Source: an uncultured Clostridia bacterium
Lineage (GTDB): Bacteria > Bacillota > Clostridia > Oscillospirales > CAG-272
DNA length: 37,702 nt
Reading direction: 5' to 3'
NCBI GenBank assembly: GCA_947624945.1
Contig: CANQMJ010000001.1
Coordinates: 1-37,702 of the forward strand
Position 1 is the stretch's first letter. Each line of letters starts with the position of its first letter. Position numbers and translations under genes: made by a program. The notes under the pieces were generated by a model, which was not told where the DNA came from, searched no databases, and saw nothing but the letters and a program-made list of their open reading frames with translations. Shown here one piece after another: positions 26,619 to 36,074 of this stretch.

Positions 26619-27833
26619 ATGAAGTCATTGCGTCAGCTTTATAAAATAGGACACGGGCCGTCGAGCTCGCACTCGATGGGACCCGCATACGCGGCGGAGG
26701 CGCTATTGCGCCGAGTCCGCGACCCCGACCGCGTCAAGGTCACGCTTTACGGCTCGCTCGCCAAAACGGGACGCGGCCATCATACGGACTATGCGCTCGC
26801 ATCCGTGCTCGGCGCGGACCGCACCGAGGTCGTATTCGACACTGAAACGACCGATATACCGCACGAAAACACCCTCGACTTCGAGGCGTACAAAAACGGA
26901 CGTCTCGCGTGCCGCATGAGAGCGATATCGGTTGGCGGCGGCGACATCGAGATCGAGGGAGAGGGCGTAAAAACGGAGAGCGAGGTCTACCCCGAGCGGA
27001 CGTTTTACGAGATCGCGAATACGTGCCGCAAAAACGGCCTGCGCATATCGGACTACGTCATCGAGCGCGAGGGCAGGGGAATACTCGACTATCTCGCCCG
27101 CGTGAAGCGCGCGATGTGGGATGCCGTCGACAGAGGACTTTCGACGTCCGGTGTGCTCGAGGGCGGACTCAACGTCGAGCGAAAGGCGCAGTATCTCTAC
27201 GAGGTAGGAAGGACTAACGAGCGCGACGCCGCGCGCGAGAACAGGCTCGTCTGCGCGTACGCGCTTGCTGTGGCGGAGGAAAACGCGTCGGGTGGCATCG
27301 TCGTGACAGCGCCGACGTGCGGCTCATGCGGCGTCGTCCCTGCGTCGCTGCGGTATATATCCGAGGTCGAAGGGTTCGACGACGAAAAAATAATACGCGG
27401 ACTCGCGGTCGCCGGGATAATCGGCAACATAGTCAAGACGAACGCGTCCGTGTCGGGCGCGGAGTGCGGATGTCAGGCGGAGATCGGCACCGCGACGTCG
27501 ATGGCGGCGGCAGCGCTCGCGGAGATGTACGGTATGCAGCTCGACCAGATCGAGTACGCGGCAGAGGTCGCGATGGAGCACCAGCTCGGACTGACCTGCG
27601 ACCCCGTATGCGGACTTGTGCAGATACCGTGCATAGAGCGGAACGCAGTCGCGGCTATGAGGGCGATAGACGCGCTGTCGCTGTCGCGGTACCTGTCGGG
27701 CACGCGAAAAATATCGTTCGACCTTGTAGTTGAGACGATGTACGAGACGGGACGCGACATAAACGAGCATTACAGGGAGACTGCGGAGGGCGGGCTCGCA
27801 AAATTATATACAGACAAGGAGTATTACAAATGA
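26619..27833 (+). CDS. L-serine ammonia-lyase (iron-sulfur dependent), single-chain form
   Basis: N-terminal GHGPSSSHSMGP signature. Conserved cysteines in the alpha domain (APTCGSCGV, GAECGCQAEIG). Confidence 0.85.
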   Translation: MKSLRQLYKIGHGPSSSHSMGPAYAAEALLRRVRDPDRVKVTLYGSLAKTGRGHHTDYALASVLGADRTEVVFDTETTDIPHENTLDFEAYKNGRLACRMRAISVGGGDIEIEGEGVKTESEVYPERTFYEIANTCRKNGLRISDYVIEREGRGILDYLARVKRAMWDAVDRGLSTSGVLEGGLNVERKAQYLYEVGRTNERDAARENRLVCAYALAVAEENASGGIVVTAPTCGSCGVVPASLRYISEVEGFDDEKIIRGLAVAGIIGNIVKTNASVSGAECGCQAEIGTATSMAAAALAEMYGMQLDQIEYAAEVAMEHQLGLTCDPVCGLVQIPCIERNAVAAMRAIDALSLSRYLSGTRKISFDLVVETMYETGRDINEHYRETAEGGLAKLYTDKEYYK

Positions 27834-28675
27834 GACAGCAGCTCAGAATGAGATTCCCCGAGGGACGCGCGAAAGCGTTCACACTAAGCTACGACGACGG
27901 CGTCGAGCAGGATATCACGCTAATTGAGTTGATACGCGCGCACGGATGCAAGTGTACCTTCAATCTCAGCTCGGGCGAGTACCCGCCCGAGGGACACGTA
28001 TGGGAGCAGGGACGCATACACCGCCGCATGCCGCTCTCGCGCTGTCAGGGCGTATACGTCGGCGGCGACATCGAGGTGGCGATGCACGGCACGCATCACC
28101 CGTTCTGGGACGCGATGCCTGCGGAGGCGGCGATGTGGGACGTCATAAACGACCGCCGCGAGCTCGAGGCACAGTACGGACGCGTCGTCAGAGGCGCCGC
28201 GTACCCGTTCGGCGCATACTCGGACACGGCGGTGGAGATGCTGCGTCTTGCGGGCATCAAATACTGCCGCACGGTCAATTCGAGCCATAGCTTCAATATC
28301 CCCGCCGACTGGCTGCGCCTGTCGGCGACGTGCCATCACCGCGACCCCGAGCTCGAACGGCTGGCGGACAGATTCGTCTCCGCCGACACGGGACGAGTCC
28401 GCGACCCGATGATGTTTTATGTGTGGGGGCACACGTACGAGTTCGAGGACAACAATAACTGGGGCGTGATGGAAAAGCTGCTCGACACTGTCGGCGGGCA
28501 CGACGACGTGTGGTACGCGACGAATATCGAGATCTACGACTGCTGGGAAGCGTTCACGCGCCTCTACTTCTCCGCCGACGGGAACAGAGCGTACAATCCA
28601 TCCGCCGTCGACGTATGGGTGTGGAACGGCGAGGAAACGGTGAAGATACCGGCGGGCGGCAGCGCAGACGTATAA
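27830..28675 (+). CDS. Polysaccharide deacetylase (CE4/NodB-like) family protein
   Basis: FTLSYDDG motif-1-like sequence, with His residues in HGTHH and WGHTYEF. ATGA overlap with the upstream gene. Confidence 0.7.
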   Translation: MRQQLRMRFPEGRAKAFTLSYDDGVEQDITLIELIRAHGCKCTFNLSSGEYPPEGHVWEQGRIHRRMPLSRCQGVYVGGDIEVAMHGTHHPFWDAMPAEAAMWDVINDRRELEAQYGRVVRGAAYPFGAYSDTAVEMLRLAGIKYCRTVNSSHSFNIPADWLRLSATCHHRDPELERLADRFVSADTGRVRDPMMFYVWGHTYEFEDNNNWGVMEKLLDTVGGHDDVWYATNIEIYDCWEAFTRLYFSADGNRAYNPSAVDVWVWNGEETVKIPAGGSADV

Positions 28676-30813
28676 TGGACGAATCGACGAGCGTGACCGC
28701 GCTGCGCGGAGTGAGCGCGGGCGGCAGACGTGAGGAGCAGCTTTACAGACTCGGCATCACGACTGTCGGCGAGCTCGTGCGCCACTATCCGCGCGCGTAT
28801 CAGGACCGGGGCGACGTCAGATGCGTGTCCGACGGTGCTGACGCGGACGACGGGGCTCATTCCTACATCCTCACCGTCGTGACGTCGCCGGTGACGGTGA
28901 CGCTGCGCGGACGCATGACGATGACGAAATTCCGCGCCGCCGACGAAACCGGCGCGTGCGAGGTCGTGTTTTTTAATCAGCCCTACGTCAGAAACACATT
29001 CACCGTCGGCGCTCGGTTTCGCTTTTTCGGTCGGCTCACGCACGAGAAAAACGGCGCGCGGCTGTCGTCGCCGTCGTATGAGGCCGTGACATGCGGCGAG
29101 GGCGAGCTGCCGCGGTATTTGCCCTTATATCCGACGACGGAGGGACTGTCGCAGAAAATGATATCGGGACTCGTCGCGCAGGCGGTCGCGGCCGTTGCAC
29201 CCGGTATAAAAGAATATATCCCCGAAGAGATACTGCGCCGCCGCATGCTGTCAACTCTCAGATTTGCGACGGAGAAGATACATGCACCGGGTACGCCGGA
29301 GGAACTCGAAAAATCGCGCAGACGACTCATATACGACGAGTTTTTCATCTTCGCCGTGCGTATGAGACTGTCACGCAAGCGGCGCGCAGACGAAAAAGCC
29401 GTAAAAATGCAGCACGTCGACATGGAGCCGTTCACGAAGTCGCTGCCGTACGCGCTGACGGGAGCGCAGTCGCGCGCCGTCGGCGATATAATCGGCGACT
29501 TGTGCGGCGACGGCATAGAAAAAGAACGCGGCAACATACCGATGGCGAGGATAGTTATAGGAGACGTCGGATGCGGCAAGACCGCAGTCGCGGCGGCGGC
29601 CGCGTATATGACGGCGAAAAACGGATATCAGACCGTGCTGATGGCGCCGACGGAGATACTCGCACGCCAGCACTACGACGAAATGACGCGCACGCTCTGC
29701 CCGCTCGGGCTGAACGTGACGCTTCTGTGCGGCTCGCAGACGACGAGGGAGCGAAGGCTCGCGCTCGCCGAATGCATCGGCGACGGCGCGCCGCGCGCCG
29801 ACCTCATAATCGGCACACACGCGCTAATCGAGGACGCGGTGAAGTTCGACGCGCTCGGACTCGTCATAACGGACGAGCAGCACCGTTTCGGCGCTTTGCA
29901 GCGCGCGGCGCTGTCGGAGAAGGGCGGCGGCGCGTCGCATACGCTCGTGATGAGCGCGACGCCGATACCGAGGACGCTGTCGCTCGTCATGTACGGCGAC
30001 CTCGACGTCTCCGTCATTGACGAGATGCCGCCGGGGAGGCAGACGGTGGACACGTTCGCCGTCAACGAGGGGTACAGGCAGCGGCTCAACAACTTCATAC
30101 GCGCGCAGATAACGGACGGACATCAGGTCTACGTAGTATGCCCCGCCGTCGACGAGGTCGAGGCGGAGGACGTGTACGGCGGCGAGCCGATGAAGTCGGC
30201 GGTCGCGCACAGGGACGAGCTCGCAAAGACGTTCCCCGACGTCGGTGTAGACGTCGTACACGGCAAGATGAAGGGCGCCGACAAGGAGCGCATAATGGCG
30301 GATTTCGCGTCGGGCAAGACGAAGATACTCGTGTCCACGACCGTTATCGAGGTCGGCGTCAACGTTCCGAACGCGACTTTGATGATAGTGGAGAACGCGG
30401 AGCGGTTCGGACTGTCTCAGCTGCATCAGCTTCGCGGACGCGTCGGCAGGGGGAGCGCCAAGTCGTACTGCGTGCTCGTCTCGAACGCGAAGCCGGGCTC
30501 GACTGCGTACGAGCGCCTTTTGACGATGAAACGCGAGCACGACGGCTTCAAAATAGCGGAGCGCGACCTTGCGCTGCGCGGTCCCGGCGACTTTCTGCCG
30601 CAGAACGGCACGATACGTCAGAGCGGCAGCTTCGGCTTCCGTCTCGCCAAAATAGACGATGGGACAGAATCGGGGGAGGAAGGCATGGAGCGCATGAGGG
30701 AGGCGTTCGCGGACGCGGGGGAACTCTTGGACAGCGACCCGACGCTCGTGGAGCACCCCGAGCTTTTGCGCGTCATAAAGCGCGAGTCCGCCAGCGACGC
30801 ATCAATATCATAA
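28675..30813 (+). CDS. recG: ATP-dependent DNA helicase RecG
   Basis: Wedge/OB N-terminus, Walker A GDVGCGKT, DEQH box ITDEQHRFG, motif VI QLHQLRGRVGRG. ATG 28675 overlaps the upstream stop (TAATG). Confidence 0.92.
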   Translation: MDESTSVTALRGVSAGGRREEQLYRLGITTVGELVRHYPRAYQDRGDVRCVSDGADADDGAHSYILTVVTSPVTVTLRGRMTMTKFRAADETGACEVVFFNQPYVRNTFTVGARFRFFGRLTHEKNGARLSSPSYEAVTCGEGELPRYLPLYPTTEGLSQKMISGLVAQAVAAVAPGIKEYIPEEILRRRMLSTLRFATEKIHAPGTPEELEKSRRRLIYDEFFIFAVRMRLSRKRRADEKAVKMQHVDMEPFTKSLPYALTGAQSRAVGDIIGDLCGDGIEKERGNIPMARIVIGDVGCGKTAVAAAAAYMTAKNGYQTVLMAPTEILARQHYDEMTRTLCPLGLNVTLLCGSQTTRERRLALAECIGDGAPRADLIIGTHALIEDAVKFDALGLVITDEQHRFGALQRAALSEKGGGASHTLVMSATPIPRTLSLVMYGDLDVSVIDEMPPGRQTVDTFAVNEGYRQRLNNFIRAQITDGHQVYVVCPAVDEVEAEDVYGGEPMKSAVAHRDELAKTFPDVGVDVVHGKMKGADKERIMADFASGKTKILVSTTVIEVGVNVPNATLMIVENAERFGLSQLHQLRGRVGRGSAKSYCVLVSNAKPGSTAYERLLTMKREHDGFKIAERDLALRGPGDFLPQNGTIRQSGSFGFRLAKIDDGTESGEEGMERMREAFADAGELLDSDPTLVEHPELLRVIKRESASDASIS

Positions 30814-30823
30814 AATATCGGGG

Positions 30824-30878
30824 GCGGGAGCGCGGCGCTGTGTCGGCTCGCGCTCCCGCTGACGTTGCGGCTTTTTTT
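30824..30878 (+). terminator. Probable terminator after recG
   Basis: 11-bp GC stem gcgggagcgcg / cgcgctcccgc. A T7 run lies 12 nt downstream, so the geometry is non-ideal. Confidence 0.45.
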
Positions 30879-30990
30879 CGCTTCCAAGCTCAACGCAAAG
30901 TTGAGGAGCGTTCCTTTTTAAGTCGATTCCGTTTACTTTGGCGGCGTGAGATAATATGTTTGCAGACAAATTTCGCAAAGAGGTGCTCTT

Positions 30991-32136
30991 ATGAAAGAAA
31001 CGATGGGGCAGGTGATCCGCCGACTGCGGCGTGAGAAAAATCTGTCGCAGGAACAGCTTGCCGAACAGCTCGGCGTCACGTTTCAAGCCGTGTCGAAATG
31101 GGAAAACGACGCCGGTATGCCGGACATATCGCAGGTCGTGCCTATCGCGCACGTTTTCGGCGTGTCGACGGATGTGCTGTTCGGTACGCGCGACACAAAC
31201 GACAAAGAGGAGGTAATGAAGATATTCGACTATGCACAGTCGTTTATCGACTCGCCCCTCACGTCCGCGGGACTTTATAAAAAATACTGCGCGCTGAAGG
31301 ACGGCTTAAAGCTGTATCCGAACAATATGATACTGCTGACAGGTATACTCGAGGCGGGCGTATCGCTCGCGTATCCCGAAAACGACGTCTACGACGAAGA
31401 ACACGCCGGCGCGATATACAAAGACTGCATCAGGTACGCAAACCTCGTCATCTCATATTCGCCGAGCGTCAGCGACGTCCTGCGCGCGCGTATGATAATG
31501 GTCATACTACATTCCGCAAACGGCAATTTCCCCGCCGCATTTTCGCACGCGGAGCAGTTCCCCGTCCGCGCCGACTTCAACGTCCACGTCATGTACGCGT
31601 ATTACGCGCACTGGAAGCGCGACTATAAAAGTGAAGCGAAAAGCTGTCAGTTCGGCGTTTTGCACTATCTCGAAGGCATGGCGAATATAACGACGCGGCT
31701 GGCGCTTTGCTATGAGCGCATGGGAAAATACAAAGACGCGGAGCGCACGCTCGAGGTGCTGCTCGCGCTTTTCGATGTCATTTTCAGCGGCGACGAGATA
31801 CCGCCGCCCGTTCACTGCCGCGAGCAGGGCGACATTTATATGCTGCTCGCGGGAATATACACAAAGGACGGCGACTTTGACCGTGCGATTTATTATCTTG
31901 AAAAAATGGTCGACTACGACATGAACGTGTACGAAAATATAGACGACAAAGCGTCCACAAATTCGCCGCTTTTGCGCTCGATACCGCACGGTCTTTACGT
32001 CAAGCGCGTCGACAGGTACAGGCAGCTCAAATCAAAGCTCACGGACGCGAGATTTGACGCGTTGAAGTCGGATGCAAGGTATAGGGACTTGATAAACGTG
32101 GTCGAAGCGATGGCGCCGCACGGCGAAATATCATAA
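30991..32136 (+). CDS. XRE-family HTH regulator with large helical-repeat (TPR-like) C-terminal domain
   Basis: HTH_3 signature IRRLRREKNLSQEQLAEQLGVTFQAVSKWENDAGMPDISQVVPIAHVFGVS. About 310 aa of helical repeat-like sequence follow (the TPR call is inferred). Confidence 0.7.
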   Translation: MKETMGQVIRRLRREKNLSQEQLAEQLGVTFQAVSKWENDAGMPDISQVVPIAHVFGVSTDVLFGTRDTNDKEEVMKIFDYAQSFIDSPLTSAGLYKKYCALKDGLKLYPNNMILLTGILEAGVSLAYPENDVYDEEHAGAIYKDCIRYANLVISYSPSVSDVLRARMIMVILHSANGNFPAAFSHAEQFPVRADFNVHVMYAYYAHWKRDYKSEAKSCQFGVLHYLEGMANITTRLALCYERMGKYKDAERTLEVLLALFDVIFSGDEIPPPVHCREQGDIYMLLAGIYTKDGDFDRAIYYLEKMVDYDMNVYENIDDKASTNSPLLRSIPHGLYVKRVDRYRQLKSKLTDARFDALKSDARYRDLINVVEAMAPHGEIS

Positions 32137-32230
32137 AAATGCGAAAAAATGCGCTTTTGTCCCGTGATTCTCAGTTAATGGGGTGGACTCGGCGCGCACG
32201 CTGTGATACAATTTGCGCGGAGGTGGGAAC

Positions 32231-32752
32231 ATGGACAAGGGAAAAACGGGACGTTATATAGCGGCGCGCCGCCGCGCGGCGGGACTGACGCAGGAGCAGC
32301 TCGGGGAGCGGCTCGGCGTGTCGTATAAGACCGTGTCGCGCTGGGAGAGAGGCACATATATGCCCGATATCGAAATGCTCGAGGCACTGGCGGCGACATT
32401 TTCGGTCACGGTCGACGAGATCATAGCGGGCGAGGACAAAATAAACGCGCGCGGCGTTGTCGGTGACGTAAATATCAACACAGACGGCGCAACCGCAAAA
32501 CCCGACGCAGACGACGCCGCGCCGTCCGCGTTCACTGTCGGCGACCGCGCCGCATACTTCAAGCGCAAATGGCTCCGCGACCATATCGCGTTCATCGTGA
32601 CCGTCTACGTTGTGATAGCCGCCGTCGGGATATTCGCCGTGCTGCGCGTCGGCACGGTCGCGGCTGTGCTGATGGCGCTCGCATCGGCTGCCGCCGCAGT
32701 ATATTTCCGCAATTCGATGATGGCGTATGTCGAGGCGCGCGTGTGGAAATGA
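32231..32752 (+). CDS. XRE-family HTH protein with C-terminal transmembrane segments
   Basis: IAARRRAAGLTQEQLGERLGVSYKTVSRWERGTYMPDIEMLEALAATFSV is an HTH_3 domain. Two hydrophobic spans lie near the C-terminus. ATG 32231 follows ggaggtggg. Confidence 0.7.
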   Translation: MDKGKTGRYIAARRRAAGLTQEQLGERLGVSYKTVSRWERGTYMPDIEMLEALAATFSVTVDEIIAGEDKINARGVVGDVNINTDGATAKPDADDAAPSAFTVGDRAAYFKRKWLRDHIAFIVTVYVVIAAVGIFAVLRVGTVAAVLMALASAAAAVYFRNSMMAYVEARVWK

Positions 32753-32770
32753 CGCCGCATACGTTAAAAC

Positions 32771-32796
32771 AAAAAGGGGGCAAACGCCCCCTTTAC
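32771..32796. terminator. Bidirectional terminator between convergent genes
   Basis: aaaaagggggc-aaac-gcccccttt, with A/T runs on both sides. Confidence 0.75.
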
Positions 32797-32807
32797 TATA
32801 TATTGCC

Positions 32808-34091
32808 TTAATACGTCTCGATCATTTTGCCTTCGCTTTGCGCCCACGCTTCCGCAAACGAACCGGCAGGAACGTGGAACTTGATGTTTCCGCAGCCGTT
32901 GAACGCCGCCTCAGAAATGTCCGTGACGCCCTCGTGCAGCGTCAGGTCGGCAAGGCTCGAACAGTCGGTGAACAGCATCGTCGACACTGTCGTAACGCCC
33001 TTCGGTACGGTGAACGCGCGCAGCGAGCGGCATCCGGCGAACGCGGACGGCCCCATCGTGGTCATCGTGTCGGGGAGGTTTATCTCGACGAGCGTCGTGC
33101 AGTCTCTGAACGTGTTGCGCACAAGCTCCGTCACAGAATCGGGCACCGTCACCGACGTGAGCGACTTGCACGACTCGAATGCGCCCTCGCCGATAGAAGT
33201 CACAGACGAAGGGATATTGAGTTCCTTAAGCGACGAACAGTATATGAACGCCTCGCGTCCGATGGACGTCACCGTCGACGGGATCGTGCACGACGTCATC
33301 GACGAGCACTTGTAGAATACGTGCTCGGGCAGCTCCGTCACGCCTTCGGGGACGACGGCGGACGGGAGCGACTCGCAGTCCATGAACGCGCTCGAGCCGA
33401 TAGATGTTACGGTCGAGGGGATAGTGAAATCGGAAAGAGAGACGCAGTCGACGAACGTGTTCACGCCTATCGCGGTCACTGCCCCTTCGAATTTCACCGA
33501 TTTGAGCGACGAGCATCCGGCAAACAGACCGTCGGGCGCCGTCGTTATCTTCGCGGGCAGTGTCGCCGATTCGAGAGACGTACAGTTGAAGAATATGCGC
33601 GTGCCTATATTTTCAAGCGTCGACGGGAACGTGACCGAGCGAAGCGCGCGGCACTCGCTGAACGCCATATTGCCGATAGTCGTGACGCCTTCGGGGATCA
33701 CGATGCTCTCGAGCGCGCTGCAGCTCGCGAACGCGTTTTCGCCTATCTCGACGAGTCCTGCGCCGAGCGTGACCGTCGTCATGCCCTTCGTGCCGCGGAA
33801 CGCGTCCTTGCCTATTTTCGTTATCGTGTCGGGCAGCGTTATCGACTCGAATATCTCGTCGACGAACGCCTCGTCCGCGATCTCCGTTATCGGAACGCCC
33901 TTGTACTCGTCGGCGACGGTGACGTTCTTCGACTCGCCCACATAGCGCACGATAACGGCGTGGTCGCCGACTATCTCGCAGCGCACGCCGAACGTGCCCT
34001 TCCCGCACGATGTCAAAACAAACAGCGCCGTCACGGCGGCGAGCACGAACGCAAAGACTGCGGTCTTCTTCAATATCCCGACATTTTTCAT
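32808..34091 (-). CDS. BspA-type leucine-rich-repeat (LRR_5) surface lipoprotein
   Basis: Signal peptide plus lipobox (LFVLTSC). About 14 tandem repeats of roughly 23 aa of the form IP.(S/G)VT.IG..AF..C.SL. The + strand ORF 32727-34151 is Arg-rich junk. Confidence 0.8.
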   Translation of the reverse strand: MKNVGILKKTAVFAFVLAAVTALFVLTSCGKGTFGVRCEIVGDHAVIVRYVGESKNVTVADEYKGVPITEIADEAFVDEIFESITLPDTITKIGKDAFRGTKGMTTVTLGAGLVEIGENAFASCSALESIVIPEGVTTIGNMAFSECRALRSVTFPSTLENIGTRIFFNCTSLESATLPAKITTAPDGLFAGCSSLKSVKFEGAVTAIGVNTFVDCVSLSDFTIPSTVTSIGSSAFMDCESLPSAVVPEGVTELPEHVFYKCSSMTSCTIPSTVTSIGREAFIYCSSLKELNIPSSVTSIGEGAFESCKSLTSVTVPDSVTELVRNTFRDCTTLVEINLPDTMTTMGPSAFAGCRSLRAFTVPKGVTTVSTMLFTDCSSLADLTLHEGVTDISEAAFNGCGNIKFHVPAGSFAEAWAQSEGKMIETY

Positions 34092-34127
34092 GTAAAAATC
34101 CCCTCAAAACGCATATATTCACATATC

Positions 34128-34156
34128 AGTATACCAAATCCGCCGATGTAAATCAA
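34128..34156 (-). promoter_or_regulatory. Promoter for the LRR lipoprotein gene
   Basis: On the - strand: TTGATT (34156-34151), 17-nt spacer, TG-extended TATACT (34133-34128). Confidence 0.55.
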
Positions 34157-34210
34157 TAACCGACGCCAAAGTTTACAATCTGTTAATATTTCTTTCTCAG
34201 CAGATCGAGC

Positions 34211-34259
34211 GACGGTATCACCACACTTTTCGCAAAGCGGAAAGTGTGGTGATACCGTC
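34211..34259. repeat. 49-nt hairpin with 23-bp stem (one G-T) and AAA loop
   Basis: All 23 pairs checked by hand. Lies between divergent promoters. Shares gcggaaagtgtgg with 23215-23227. Confidence 0.85.
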
Positions 34260-34277
34260 TGCGGCGCCGCGCGCACG

Positions 34278-34309
34278 CTCAAAATCGCGCGAAAACGCGA
34301 GATTTTGAG
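34278..34309. repeat. Second hairpin (ctcaaaatc..gattttgag outer stem, cgcg/cgcg inner stem)
   Basis: 13 bp with one internal mismatch, read directly. Confidence 0.65.
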
Positions 34310-34359
34310 AGCTTACCGAAACAAAACTTAAAATTTCGAAAAAAATTTCAGAAAAACTC

Positions 34360-34388
34360 TTGACAAAGACACATCGGTATTGTATAAT
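34360..34388 (+). promoter_or_regulatory. Consensus sigma-A promoter for rplM-rpsI
   Basis: TTGACA (34360-34365), 17-nt spacer, TATAAT (34383-34388). A roughly 60-nt leader with a small gcgc-aaa-gcgc hairpin precedes the RBS. Confidence 0.75.
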
Positions 34389-34454
34389 CACACTCGCGCA
34401 AAGCGCACGAATATTTTGCAATTATTTGTTTTGTCATTACACGGAGGAAACATC

Positions 34455-34883
34455 ATGAAGACCTTTATGGTAAAAAAAGAGGATGTTTCGCGCAAGTGGT
34501 ACGTCATCGACGCCGCGGATAAGCCTCTCGGTAAGACCGCAGTCGCGGCGGCGACGATCTTGCGCGGCAAGCATCGTCCCGAGTTCACGCCCCATGTAGA
34601 CTGCGGCGAGTACGTCGTCATCATCAACGCCGAGAAGGCGGTCCTGACCGGCAAGAAGCTCACGCAGAAGTACTACCGCCGCCACTCAGGCTACATCGGC
34701 GGACTCAAGGAAGTCCAGTATAAAACGCTCATGGCTACGCGTCCCGAGCTCGCCATGGAGCTCGCCGTCAAAGGCATGCTCCCGAAGAATTCGATCGGCG
34801 ACAAGGCGATCACGCGTCTGCATGTTTATCGCGGACCCGAACACGATCAGGGCGCGCAGAAGCCCGAAGTTTACGAGATATAA
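34455..34883 (+). CDS. rplM: 50S ribosomal protein L13
   Basis: [46 protein letters not shown] is the canonical L13 sequence. RBS ggagga lies before ATG 34455. Confidence 0.95.
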   Translation: MKTFMVKKEDVSRKWYVIDAADKPLGKTAVAAATILRGKHRPEFTPHVDCGEYVVIINAEKAVLTGKKLTQKYYRRHSGYIGGLKEVQYKTLMATRPELAMELAVKGMLPKNSIGDKAITRLHVYRGPEHDQGAQKPEVYEI

Positions 34884-34901
34884 GAAAGGACGGACCGATA
34901 A

Positions 34902-35303
34902 ATGTATACGAGTGCTAAACCCTATTTCTACGGAACAGGCAGAAGAAAGAAGTCCGTCGCGCGCGTCCGCATAGTGCCCGGCTCGGGCGCCGTTACGATC
35001 AACGGTCGCGACATCGACGATTACTTCGGTCTTGACACGCTCAAGCTCATCGTCAACCAGCCCTTCGCAGTCACCGACACAGAAGGCAAGTTCGACATCA
35101 TCGCCCTCGTTCACGGCGGCGGCTTCTCCGGTCAGGCGGGCGCTATCCGCCACGGACTTGCGCGCGCGCTCTGCGCCGCTGACGAGAATTTCCGCCCCGC
35201 GCTCAAGCGCGCCGGATTCCTTCGCCGCGACCCGCGTATGGTCGAGAGAAAGAAGTACGGCCTCAAAAAGGCTCGCCGTGCAAGCCAGTTCTCAAAGAGA
35301 TAA
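34902..35303 (+). CDS. rpsI: 30S ribosomal protein S9
   Basis: [14 protein letters not shown] near the N-terminus and C-terminal [17 protein letters not shown]. Confidence 0.95.
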   Translation: MYTSAKPYFYGTGRRKKSVARVRIVPGSGAVTINGRDIDDYFGLDTLKLIVNQPFAVTDTEGKFDIIALVHGGGFSGQAGAIRHGLARALCAADENFRPALKRAGFLRRDPRMVERKKYGLKKARRASQFSKR

Positions 35304-35320
35304 AATCGAAAACATAAAAG

Positions 35321-35350
35321 AAAATCCCGCGTATGCGGGATTTTTGCTTT
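35321..35350 (+). terminator. Rho-independent terminator after rpsI
   Basis: aaaatcccgc-gtat-gcgggatttt followed by tgcttttg. Confidence 0.85.
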
Positions 35351-35458
35351 TGCCCATGTCGTAAAATTTTCTTTATTTTCCCGCTAACAAAACGGCCGCC
35401 GTATGCGTCTTACTTTATGAAGGGCCCGAAAAAACAAGGATCGGAGGTTTTTGTTTAC

Positions 35459-36073
35459 ATGGACGACGCCGAAAAGGAACAAAAACAGACGAAAAAGCGT
35501 CCCGCCCTCTCTGACGCCGAGATAGTGGCGCTTTACCGCAAGCGGTATGAATCGGCGATAAGTGAGACTGAGACGAAATACGGCAGGCTGCTCTATTCTG
35601 TCGCGTATTCGATACTCGGCAGCCGCGAGGACGCGGAGGAATGCGTCAACGACACATACGTGCGTGCGTGGGAGTCTGTCGCGTTCGACGACCCCGACAA
35701 TCTGTCCGCATATCTGTGCCGCATCACGCGAAACCTCGCCATCGACATGTACAGGCGCGGACGCTCGCGCGCCGAGACGGCGACGGACGCGATGGATGAG
35801 CTTGCCGACGTCGTCGGCTCCGTCGACAGCGACACGATGACGGACCGCGTCGCGCTTACGAACGCGATAAACAGGTTTTTCATGTCGCTGCCGCCGAAAA
35901 AGCGCATGATCTTCATGCGCCGCTACTTCTACATGAACTCGACGAAGGAGATTGCGAAGATGCTCACGACGACGGACGGCGCAGTCCGCGTCACGCTTCA
36001 CGGATTGCGCAAAAAGCTGCGCGAATATCTCGAAGGCGAAGGGATCGTGTACGATACAAAGAAAGGAAAATGA
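35459..36073 (+). CDS. Sigma-70 family (ECF-like) RNA polymerase sigma factor
   Basis: Region 2 (DAEECVNDTYVRAWESV) and region 4 HTH (STKEIAKMLTTTDGAVRVTLHGLRKKL). ATG 35459 follows ggagg. Confidence 0.8.
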   Translation: MDDAEKEQKQTKKRPALSDAEIVALYRKRYESAISETETKYGRLLYSVAYSILGSREDAEECVNDTYVRAWESVAFDDPDNLSAYLCRITRNLAIDMYRRGRSRAETATDAMDELADVVGSVDSDTMTDRVALTNAINRFFMSLPPKKRMIFMRRYFYMNSTKEIAKMLTTTDGAVRVTLHGLRKKLREYLEGEGIVYDTKKGK

Positions 36074-36074
36074 T

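Noticed and set aside
30956-30994. 12-codon uORF (MFADKFRKEVLL) whose TGA overlaps the ATG of the XRE-TPR regulator; considered as a leader or signalling peptide.
   Set aside because: Its ATG lies 1 nt after the best -10 candidate (gataat, 30949-30954), so it is probably not transcribed. It has no RBS, and the regulator has its own RBS (aaagaggtg).
32139-32261. 40-codon ORF (MRKNALLSRDSQLMGW...) downstream of the XRE-TPR gene; considered as an RRNPP propeptide.
   Set aside because: It has no RBS and no hydrophobic signal sequence. It runs across the promoter, RBS and start of the next gene in another frame.
34389-34454. Possible ribosomal protein L13 leader in the rplM 5' UTR.
   Set aside because: Only a short gcgc-aaa-gcgc hairpin is visible in a roughly 60-nt leader. 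I cannot match it to the known leader consensus from memory, so it needs cmscan.
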